A stretch of 64,000 nt of DNA from contig OZ076414.1 of the NCBI GenBank assembly GCA_964187785.1, positions 50,778,001 through 50,842,000 of the forward strand, in the 5' to 3' direction. Both the position numbers and the translations under genes were made by a program. Positions 13,801 through 25,800 of the stretch are shown piece after piece. Each line of letters starts with the position of its first letter. Position 1 is the stretch's first letter. This DNA comes from Amphiscolops sp. MND2022 (Eukaryota). A model generated the notes under the pieces. The model worked only from the letters and a program-made list of their open reading frames with translations. It had not been told where the DNA came from and searched no databases.

Positions 13801-16800
13801 AATTCTCCTGTTTGTGAGGATTGGTAGGTCATGAATAGTTTCACTTCAGGTAGTTTTGTTCCCTAGACCTCTTGTGTGCCACATCGATTGCTAGCTCTAG
13901 TTTTGCCACTTTCCTATATTGTTCGTTGTAACTTGTACTTTCAAAGCTCGCTTCTCGTGCTCTTCATGAAGTATCCTTGTTATTTTCCGTTTTTATTTCA
14001 GATGGAGAGGAAAAGATTTCAATCAGCTGTCGAGTAGTTTTTTCGAAAATATAATTTCAGCAAATATGCCTCAACCTCAACTTTTGAAACACTTCCAAAT
14101 GATCCTGATGAGTCGGAATTGGGAAAAATCCAATTTTAACATGAATTTTAAGAATGAATTTCCAACAGCGAACAAATGCGTTACCAAGTAGGCTTTTTGA
14201 AGGCCAATTGCAGTTTAACGTAAGAAAAGAACCTCGAAATGACCCCAAAATAGTGAGAAAAAATCATTTTTTTTGGCAATTCTGTGACAATTTAGTGACT
14301 TTTTATTAACAACTACCAAGTTTCCTTGATTAGGAGTTTCAGAAAACTCTAAGCATTTAAATTAGGAACGCAGTACTTTTTAAAAAGAAATTTGAATTTT
14401 TGTACGTGAAAAGTTTGTCAGAAGTACCTAAAATAATAGAAAAACTCCAAAAATTTCTTGTTTTTGAGCTTTTAATAGACTTTTTTGTAAACCTTTCGAG
14501 TGATTTCGTCAGTTAGAAAGTTGTACACATTCAACAACGACCGAACTCTATATCCAGTAGGCGTTTTCGAAAAGACATTTGCAGTTTCTTTGAAAAGTGA
14601 TTCAAAAGACCGAAAAGTTGTCGAAAAACCGAAATTTTCCGAAAAATTTCGTGCAAAATTATAAAAAAAATTGGTATGTTAGGTTTTGGTATCCACACAA
14701 TCCGACAACAAAACAAGTAGGTTTTTAGCGTGTTCTTGAAAAGTTTCCTTTGAAATGGGATGGCATCAAACGTCTTTCATCAAACTTCTATGCGTTTTTA
14801 TAGTGCATTGGCTACTCTTGAGCCTCAAAGTTATGTCGTCGCTAGAACTGTTTTAACGGAAAATATCCTGCTGGTCAGCGGCCGCCTTGTTTGAATTTGT
14901 CTTCCGTTAAGACAAAGTAAAACGTGTACTATAAAAAGAGTGAACATTCTAATTCTATTGTCAAGTATAATTCCAGTGAAACCGCACCATGAATTATCAG
15001 TTTTTTGGTTCTTTTTCGTCGGCGTTTTCGCAGAAAAACCCGACTCTTACAGTGGCTTTTTTTTGTCAGTTAAACGCGATCGGTCCACTTTTTGTGCATT
15101 ATGCACTTTTACCATATGCACTTAGTACTTCATTTTCAACGCATCCAAAGCCTCTAACATGAGATAAAAAGCCATTCCAAAGCAGAAGGGTCCCTCTTTC
15201 CACTTTTGTCGACACTATGAGACTTTCCCCCTTTTTCGGCACTGTGAGGCTGTTCAAATTTCTCATTTTTTCCGATTTTTTTATTGCTCCAAAGGGTCTC
15301 CATCAATTTTTTGATATTTTGCAACAGAATGGATGTTCAAAATCCCAAAGGGTCCTCCCTATTACATTTTTCGGCACTATGCGACTCACCGGAGACTTCA
15401 AAAAATAAGAAAAAAATCGGAAAAATTTTTCCTCAATTTTTACTTTTTTGAGAGCTTTTGTTGTCTCCAGTTGTAGAAAAAGTGGTTTTCGATTCTTCTT
15501 GAGCCTTACAGATGGCGCCGACTGGGGCCGTTCCTGGCTTGTTTTTTCAAGTAGCCAAACTTTTTCAATGTTTTTACCCAACTGAAAAGAACTGTACTGT
15601 TAGTTGCGTTTTTTTTCACCGCTGTGAACATCGCTCTAAATGCGTCCTAACTTGATGAAGTTTTTTTGAGGTGTAGCTTTTTAATTTTCAACGATGTCAA
15701 ATTCGGTCCATTGAGTTTGATTCAGTTTTAAAAAATCGTACGAATTTGTTTTTTCTTAAATAGATTTAATCAAATTAAACATTTTTGTTGGATTGGAAAC
15801 CTTTTGACGGAAGGTGGAATAAAATCGATTGTTTCGAACCCATTTCAAGTAATGTTAGGCTTTTCTCTGGCTGTACATGAGCCGTACATCTTTATTATAG
15901 CTAAATTAGCACTGTTTAGAGTGCCAGTTTGTTACGGAGAGAAAAATGTGACTCCACAGACTCAAATGAAGTTTGAGAGAAATTTTCGGGAATGAGGCGT
16001 AACTATGAACTGATTAATCAGAAGTGACAACTACGTCACTATAGAAAGATGTGGCTGTAATATATAACATGAGAACATTGATTAAATACGATGGTCTAGA
16101 AAAGGAATATCAAATTGTGGATTCTGAAATTTGTCGGAAAGGCAAAAAAATCTGTCACTACTTCATCTGCCCTTCGAAATGACGTTTTGTCAAGAGCTTC
16201 GGCAACTTTGAGAAATCCTACCTCGACTTAATTAACAAAGAAAGAAAAGTAGCCTTGCCTGTTAAGCTTTAATAAAAAATGTGGATTAAAAAAAGGTGCC
16301 GCTACCGACTTTTGCATTATTAATGTCTAGTTCCCGTCAGCTTTACATCAAATGACGAATGTAAATGAAGGTCGAAAAGTGAATGCCAATTCCAACCGCA
16401 TCCTAATTTGACTGTAATAATCATGTAAAACGACACGCCTTTGAACTTTAGAACTTTAGATCACAAAAAAGTGAAATCTAGGCAATCACGATACTTCTGT
16501 GAATTAATCCAAAACGTTGTTTGTTTTAATCTTTTTGAACGAATTTTGAAACTATTTTACTTGGAATCTAGGTTCAAATTTTGATACAACTTTTAGCTGC
16601 ATGTATACTTTTTAAGGGCCTCCTTTTTAGTTGGCGCTGCATGAAGTGAAACGCGACTATTATAGTGACTCTTTTTCTCAGTCCACAAGAACTGACCAAA
16701 ATAGATCTTAAAGTTCTACGAAAATTTATGGTGTCAAATAGAAGCATTTGACCCAAGGAACTGAATCAAAAAGGTTTTTCCTTTTTTTCCCGCGTAACAC

Positions 16801-19800
16801 ACAATACCGGGCGAGACTAAAGCGTCCCCTCTTTCAGTTTTTGTAACGGCACCCTCTGGTACAGCAGATTCAGTAGTTATCGAAAATTAGATTTTGGACA
16901 TGTCCAGAAAATGAAATTTACATTTTTACTACCTTTTGGAACGTTTTCAAAGGCTGTCTAAGCGGTAGTTTCAAAACCAAAGCGTAATTCACGTTACTGA
17001 CAGCAATTAAAGACTGGATAAAGCTGGTTAGGGCTCCTTAAGAGACAAATACCCCTCCTGACGGGACAATTTTTACCCAGGAGGCAAAATGGACCTATTG
17101 CAATGGGGCCTGTCCCGGGCAAACACCCATGTCATAGGTTCCTGCATCTCTATGACGGAGCAGCGACAACGGCGAGAGCTTGTCGTTACATGGAGACAGT
17201 CCTATTGATTTTGCGGTGGATATAGGTGAACCACCAGTTCTCAAAAGATTATTCAAAATTTGCCAAAAAATTACAAAAAGTGAGGCGCGATCCTGCAGGC
17301 ATTTTAAAGTGTTTTCCCATTGCGACGCACTTTAAAATGTCCGACAATTCAAAACCTTTTCATCACTCCGAAAAAGAAATTTTTAACTCCCATGATGGTC
17401 AGAAATTGAGGATAGACGATATTTACACTTGCGATAAGCAAGTGTTTTGGGAAAGTGCGGGTGCTTTTTTTCCGCGCGACAACTCTCTCGTTTCAGCCCG
17501 CAACTCGCACATTTCAAGCGTTCGTGGTCTAGTGGTAAGATGCTTGCTTTTCAACCCAGAAGGTTGGTGTTCGAACCGGTGCGTATGCGCTAATTTTTTC
17601 ACAAGCATTCCGAAGTAGAAGGCTTCCACTTTTTTCGGCACTATGAGACTTCCCCCCTTTTCGGCTTTGGGTCCCCCTGAGACTTTTTTGACAATTTTTC
17701 AATGTCCCCAAAGGGTTCTTCCTTTCAATTTTTTGATGTTTTGCAAGCGAACGAATGTTTAAAAAATCCCAAAGGGTCCCTTGTGGAGATTTTTTAGCAC
17801 TATGAGACTGTTCAGAATTCCCATTTTTTGTTTTTTTTTGAAATTTTCGCAAAGTCACCAAAGGGTTCCCCTTCAATTTTTTTGATATTTTGCAACAGAA
17901 TGGATGTCATAAATTCTCAAAGGTTCCCTTTTACAGTTTTCGGGCTAGTGAGATTTTTCAAAATGAATTTTTTTCGTCTTAAATTAGATTTTTTCCAAGC
18001 CCAGCACGCTATATCCGATTTTTTTTAAAAACCGGTGCTGTTCCCAGTTGGGAAAAATGATTTTCGAGGCTTATGCGTATCCCTTCGGGTGTTTTTTGGC
18101 CCTGTATAATTGATGAGGTTTTAACAATATTGTCCTTTTACCCTTGGTTCTCCGTATGATATTGCTTATTTGGTTTTCTCTTGAAACGTTCGCAAGTGTT
18201 TGCGAAGCACGGCTTCGCCTCTGTGTTTAATGATGTGACTGCATGTAATCAGCTATGGTCACAATCTTCTAGTGTCCTAAATGTAGGAGTGCGGGGAAGC
18301 GGAGTGGCCTATCACAACTAGTCCAACAATTAGTTTAGTAGGAGGCTTATGTGAAGAAGCGCGAATAATACCCTGAAAGACGAAGGCCAAGTGATACAGT
18401 CAGAATACAATTTACGAATCACCAAAAACCACTGGTCGAAAATACAAGGCGGAAAACTCGTCGAAAAGCACAGAAAATCAATTCAGTCAAATATAGTGCT
18501 CATTTTGTAATTTTATTGTCATAACATAAGCGTTTTGCAATAATATTCATAAGAAGCATAATAACTTGTGGGTTAATATCTGCCATTTTGCATTCGGTGA
18601 GTAGTTTTTGACGAGTTTTCCGCATTCCAAAAATTACGACTGACAGGGAGTTGACCTGTTCTATGGCAGACAATTTTCCACAATATGAACAATTTCACCG
18701 CATTCTTTTTCTTAACATTCCGACATTTTACCCCTCGACCATCTGCGCTTGTAATTTGTTTGTTTTGACTGGACTATATTTTCTCTGCTGCGCTGCTTAC
18801 AGAGCAGAGCGCCTTCGGGACACTCGTAGCCAAAAAGCGCCATCAATGCTACCCTGGACGATCAAGGTGCCTCAAAACATGATTATGTGGATCTAACAAT
18901 TTAAGAACTGCGGATTTTACCCGAAATTCATCGCTTTGAAGTCAAAACAGATTTTGGGCCCAAAAATTTTTTCCACCAATAATAACTAACAACCTGGCGG
19001 GAAAAGTATTGATTGAAATGGGCGAAATTGTTTACCGATGTGGCCATCAATGGTCCATGTGCGACCTTCGGTGTTTCGTCCTGGAAAGTCAGTACGGGAA
19101 AACAAGAGACACCCAAAACTGAAAAAAAAATAAAAGGCTGTCTGGAAAATGGCCCGCCTTTCAACGTTCCCAAAAATGCTACCAGGGCGTGGCACTTGAC
19201 ATCTTTGAGGCGGATTTTCAAGATTGCTTAATCAATTTTTCCACACTTGTCACTTGCCATAACACCCATATTAAATGAACGCTCAACGCTGGAAGACAAA
19301 ATCCATTTAAAAATTCCATGATTTTTGAAAATACAGAGACTTCAAAGGGATTTCCAATCAACGTTAATTGCTGAGATCCCATTGAATGTTCGGTTCTGTT
19401 CCAAATTTGTGTTGGTAAGCTGGAAGACTCAGTTGGCGTTTAAACAATTTTCCAAGTTAGTCAGAATCAAAAATAACCTGTCCCTAGCGGTAGTTTTGCT
19501 AATCGTACTCAAAAGAAAACATGATCGGCTTTTTAATTCGACTTAAGACGCTATGAAAAGATTTCAGCGCAAGCGAGAACACAAGTCGAAACAAATCTCG
19601 TTCCGGTTCGAAAATATGTTCCAAATTAGAAGATTGATTAAAAGATAGAAACGTTCCTGTAAGAATTTCAAACCTAAATTCTACTGCGCTTCTCAAAATG
19701 AAATGCACTACGGAAAAAGGCATTTCCATAAAAACAGGAAAACAGAGCTCTTGGACATGTCTTTCAAGACTCTTATGAATGAAGATTAGTTTTTTTGGAG

Positions 19801-22800
19801 TAATTTTTTTACAGTTCACAGCTCGGCTCTGAACAAGTTGAAAAAAATCAATGATGAATCATATTCATTGTATTGATTTAAAATGAATCGTTTTTCAGTC
19901 ATAACCGATGTTTGAAAAACTCGGGATTCGATCTTTGTGGAGTAATTGACGTATATTATCTTGAAACAATCAAGTGCTATCTTCTGAGAACGTTAACTGA
20001 TCTAATCAATGTGCACAAGTGCTTCAAATCTGAGATACCTTCGAATTACTTCCGACATCAATCATTTAATTTATCCACAGTTTCAAGGTAAGGTCAGTTG
20101 GATTATGAAGGTCTCAGGCTGGCTTTTCTGGGTAGCTATATTTTGAGTCTTCTGTGATTTCAGATCACATCAATCTCAAGGTTCTTTTCATTTGGTTGTC
20201 GCGCGAAGTCCCTGACGTGATTTTCTAAGAGATTAAACTGATGAAAAATCTCCTTAATTTTTTGCAGTGTAGATAATCAGGGATGAAGAAGTTACAATGA
20301 CGTAGTGTCAATTCATAAGAAAAGTCTATCATATTGAAAGAAGACAGTGATAAAGTGGTTTTTCAAAAGCGATGAAAAAATTCGAAAAAGCATGGCAGGG
20401 TAAATTATTGATTGTTTCTTGGAAAGTCTGGAAATGGATCGATAAATTATTCTGTTGACAATGAAAATTGTCATTGTTCTAACTTTTCCTGCCATTTGTA
20501 ACTTTGATAACCGTAAGCCAAATAGTGGAGATGCTGCTGATCAATCTTGTCATCTGCACCAAGTGCATATAGCCAATGCGCAAACACTGATAACCTAAAC
20601 CAGTCAGAATCGGCCCAAGATGGTGCTCTGCTCAGGGCTGGAAAAGCACAAAAAAACTTTATTTGCCTTCAAAAAAGGGACAGAAAATTATTTGATCCTA
20701 TCCAAAAACAAAAAGAAGTATCCAACATATAAAATGTACCTCACTTTTTACTATTGTAAAAATCTTAAGATTTTCAAACACCGGTTTTTGTTCATCTTCC
20801 AAAGTGCCCTCTTCAAGTTTTTTGATAATTTGCAACAAACTGCAGTTTGTTGCATATTATCAAAAAAATTGAAGAGGGCATTTTGGAGGTTGAAAATAAT
20901 GCGGTATATCCGAATATGAGACTGCAGTCTCATATTCGGATATACCGCATTATTTTTCAACCTCCGAAATTCGGATATTATTGAAAAAATTATCGATGGA
21001 TATTTATTGAGAAAAAATCAGACAAAAAATGAGAGTTTTGAACAGGTTCAAAATTCTCATTTTTCGTCTGGTATTTTCTCAATAAATATTCATCGATAAT
21101 TTTTTTTCAATAATATCCGAATTTTGGAGCTTCAAAAATAATGCGGTATATCGGAATTTTTAGTCGGCGCTTTTTTTTAGAAAAGAGTCGACTATAGTCA
21201 TGGCTTTTCGTCAGTGTTTTTTTAAGACCACCTGAAATGACCAAAATAGTTCTACAAAAGTTCTACAAAATATTATTGCACCAAATTGCACCATTTGGTC
21301 TAGCGAACTGAACCAAAAAGGTTTTTCCTGTTTTCCAGCGTAACATACCATACCGGGCGAGACCAAAGGGTCCCCCTTTCAGTTTTTTCGGCATTGTGAG
21401 ACTTTTTTCCGGTAAAAAATTCATAAAAGGGTCATCAACTCACCAATACTTTGACGTATTGAAGTCCTTTTGCTATTTTTGAGCCTTAGATATGGCGCCG
21501 ACTTGGGCCGGTCCCGGCTTGTTGACGTTATATCCGACGCAATTTGCGTTTTACTGAGGAGGAGCCGCAGGATCGAAAATAAGCACTCGCATTTGTCTCA
21601 GCACGCTATATCCGAAGTTCTGAAGCGTTTTCCGAGCACTAAAGGCACTCTTTGGGTGTTTCGAAACTTTGTTGTGAATTTTTCTTTAAAAATATACGGA
21701 GCATATTTTAAAAGGTTTGCGTTTTTTGAGCTTCAGGTATAACACCGACTTTGGCCGTTCCCGACTTGTTTGTATATTTTAAGGCAATCAGAAAGCCTTT
21801 CTTATGGTGTTCACATTTTATCCTTCAAAGATCTTTATATGACCTCTACAATTAAGTGACCCGACAAAAGAATACCAAGAGTTTGTTTCTATATTTAGAT
21901 TCAAAAATGTTTTGTTTCAGATTGTTGCAAGAACTGTGCAACTGCTCGACGATGCACTTCTTTGGGGACGATATCTGTTCTCCAGGCACCAACCGGGAGC
22001 ATGGCAAATGTGTCAGGTCAAACATGGAGTACTTGAAGGAGTCACACCAGCAGTGTGCTCGTGAAATGTGCAAGCCCTCTTGCAAAAACGTCGAGTTTGA
22101 GGTCAGCAAATTCTTACTGCTACTTTCCATGCATTTCACATCTGTAGAGGAGAGTGCTCCTACTAGTCTAGACAGTGTTACCAAATACCTGTCACGAACT
22201 TTAAAGGACAATAGTTTGTACTATTCAGTCGATGCTATCTTTTTAGTTTACGTACAGTTGACCTATACATTGTATCGCTACCTCTTAATCTTAACTTGAG
22301 CATCCAACCTTAATCTCTTATCGAGTCTACAACATGGCGCAGTCATAGAAGAAAGAACCAGAAGAAGAATTAATGGAAAACACCAGTGGATCCGACCCAA
22401 CAGCGGTCAATCAAACGACAGTCGAGAGGACTGAGAAAAACAAATACAAAATTCCAATCCTATCAGATAGAGAAACCGATCTATCGAAAGCAAACCCCAA
22501 GATGTGGTGGGAACAAATATCAGAATACATAGATCTAACATACCAAAAGAAACTGGAAGAATTGTTAGAAAACGGAACCGACTCCATCGATCCACATACA
22601 ACATACCACATCAAAGGCGATGTCATATGGGCTCTGGGCCCGAAGGCAAAACACGAGATCATGAGGGGCCAATGGGGAAAAGAGCTCAAGGACATTAGTT
22701 TACAAGAACTGCTGAAACTGTTCAAAAAGACCTTCCTACCCGCAAGAAACATATTTCATAGCCGTGCCCAATTCTTTAACATCAAACAAGAAGAGGGCGA

Positions 22801-25800
22801 AACACTGGACGAGTACTGGAAGAAATTAGTAGACATAGAGAGAAAGTGCGAATTCGGTAACATCACACCCGAAGACATAATTACCTACAAATTTGCAGCG
22901 TCCATAAATGACAAAAAAGCCCGTGACAAATTCATCAAAGGTCCCCTGAAACTGCAACTGGTATTGGAGACGATCGAACTAGACAACTAAAATCGTAAAT
23001 ACGGGGACAAGCCATCACATTCCAAGAGACAACGAAAGAATTCTTCAGAAAATACATCCGAAGACGAACAAGTCGGGTACACCAAACCGGCAGCGAAACG
23101 AAAAAACACATTCGCCGGTAAGAAGAAGAATTCAGAACAAAACTGCCATTTCTGCGGAAAGTCAAACTGGACACCCGAGCACATTTGCCCGGCACGGAAA
23201 GCTAAATGCAACAACTGCAAGAAATCCGGACACTTTGCCAAGGTTTGCCGATCAAAGACCGTGAATTTGGTACACGAAGAAGAAACGGACGGCAGCACGG
23301 AATCATGGCCAGAAATCGACCATATTCAATCCGTGAACGGAATAAACCGCGTAGATTTCTACAAAGCAATCCTATTGGTGGAGGGGCAGCCAATAGAATT
23401 TGTCATTGATACCGGCTCACCCGTGACTATAATTCCACCGATTATTAATCCAGAAGGGATTAAACAAACCACAAAGTGCTTCGTAGACGTAAATAAAAAT
23501 CCCATAAAATTTAGAGGCGAGGCGATGGTCGAGGTCAAGACCGAGAAAACACAAGTGACACTGCCCATACTAATTACAGAGAAGAAAAATACGCAACCCT
23601 TACTGGGATTGGACTGGCTCGACAAACTGGAAATTGGGTTACAGGGGAGCCGAGAAACAAATATCATCAGAAACATATCCACAAACGGTAAAGGTGAGAG
23701 AATCTTTGAAGATTTCAGAAAACTTTTCAAAACAAATCACACGATAAAAGATCTAACTATAGAAATTCAATTGAAAAAAGACGCAAAACCGATACAACAA
23801 AAGGGAAGACCGGTGCCAATACATTTTCAAAAAATAGTGAAAAATGAACTAGATAAACTCATCGAAAAGGGGCACCTAGAAAAAGCAGACAAGACAACTG
23901 AAAATTGTTTCGTTTCACCGGCGGTTATAACAATTAAAAAAGATAAATCGGTGAAAATCGCGTTAGACTCCCGGAAATTGAACGAATCGTGTATAAAACG
24001 AAAAGCAACCATGCCCAACATGGAGGAATTAATCAGTCAAATTTCCGCGAAAATCACACAAAGCGACGGCGAAATTTGGATGTCCAAAATCGATTTAGAT
24101 TATGCATACGGACAAGCCAAGTTATCCGCTGAAGCGTCGAGACACTGCGTATTCTCCATCATTGGTGGAGAATTCACCGGACACTACCGGTTCAAGAAAG
24201 GTTTTTATGGACTCGCGGACATTCCAACGGTGTTTCAAGAGCACATAGATAAGGTCTTAGAGTTTAAGACACCGGTATGGTTAGATGACATCATTTGCGT
24301 CACAAACGGAACAATAGAAGAACACGAACGGGAATTGCGCGAAGTGTTAACAAAACTACAAGAAGCCGGCTACCGAGCGAGCGAAAGAAAAACAGAACTG
24401 TTCAAAAAAGAACTAACCTGGTTGGGATACTTGATAAATCAGAACGGAGTAAAACCAATCCAGGACAAAACTGATGCGATCACAAAGTTAAAAGCTCCCA
24501 CGAACACGAAAGAATTAAAATCATTCCTTGGCTCGATACAACATCTGTCAAAATTTTTAAATAACTTGTCGAAAAAGACCGATCGAATGCGAAAACTACT
24601 CAAGAAAGACGTAAAATGGGAATGGACAAAAGAGATAAATGACGATTTCGAACAGCTAAAGAAAGAAATAACTGAAGCACCGTGTCTAGCACATTTTGAT
24701 CCGAAGAAGGACAATTTTATAACAACAGACGCTTGTAACACCGGACTAGGGGCAACCCTATGGCAAAAAGAAAACGGGGCGTTTAGACCGGTCGCGTTCG
24801 CAAGTCGATTCCTCACCGATTGTGAGAGAAAATATGCCATAAATGAGCTAGAATTACTAGGCGTACTCTGGGGCCTCGAGTACTTCCGATATTACGTATA
24901 CGGCAAACGGATAAACCTCTTGACCGAACACCAAGCACTACAACCACTATTGAAACGAAATAGAGCGCATAAAACAATACAGCGCAAGACTCACTAGATG
25001 GTTAGACCGACTAAGCCATTTCGATGTGAATGTGCCATATACAGCCGGCAAAAACATCCCATTAACGGATTATCTGAGCCGACATCCAATTGTCAACGAA
25101 CTCGGAACGGAAGAACTTAACGCAAACGAAGAAAAAGAAGCCGAAGAGGAGTTCGTAATCAATCAGATATACGGCTTATTTGAGTTTAACCGAACGAACG
25201 GCAGTATTACGCAATACATCAAACGACCACACTCGGCAACGAATTCCAACCAATCACAATGCCGCGCGCGAACACGTGAACAAAACAGCCGCGAACGATC
25301 AAATCAAACTTTCACATCGTCAGATAACACCGAATTAATTGACAATTCAAAACACTTATCTAAATTAACTGAAATGTCTAAACTGGAAAAAGTTAATGGA
25401 ATTGATTTACAATTCATCTTCAAAAAACGCGGACATTCCCCGGAAACCGGCAGACTGAGGACGGAGAGGTTAAAACTATTGCAGCCAAATAAAACCCGGA
25501 TCGTAGGCAAAGGTAGCGAGAACGAACGAATCCAGGATTACCGCCCGACACAACAAGAGAGAAAAGAAATCGAGAGGATAAATATCCTGATTTACAATCG
25601 ATTTTTCAATTACTGTGAAACCATCGGGACAACACCACTGAAGGAGTTCAACGAAAATGTGCACGAGTCCTGGATCAGCAACCCCTCAGACAACGAAAGC
25701 CAAGTTAGCCATCTGAAAACTGAGAAATGCCCAATCAGTGTCCTGAAAAAGTTTAAAAGACACGAAAGTGTAAACTTGATCCGACTAAAACAGACCGCAA

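Noticed and set aside
18803-18866. GC-rich AG..GT segment as an extra channel exon
   Set aside because: It is 64 nt, so inclusion would shift the frame. It has no DEG/ENaC similarity, and exons 6 and 7 already join correctly.
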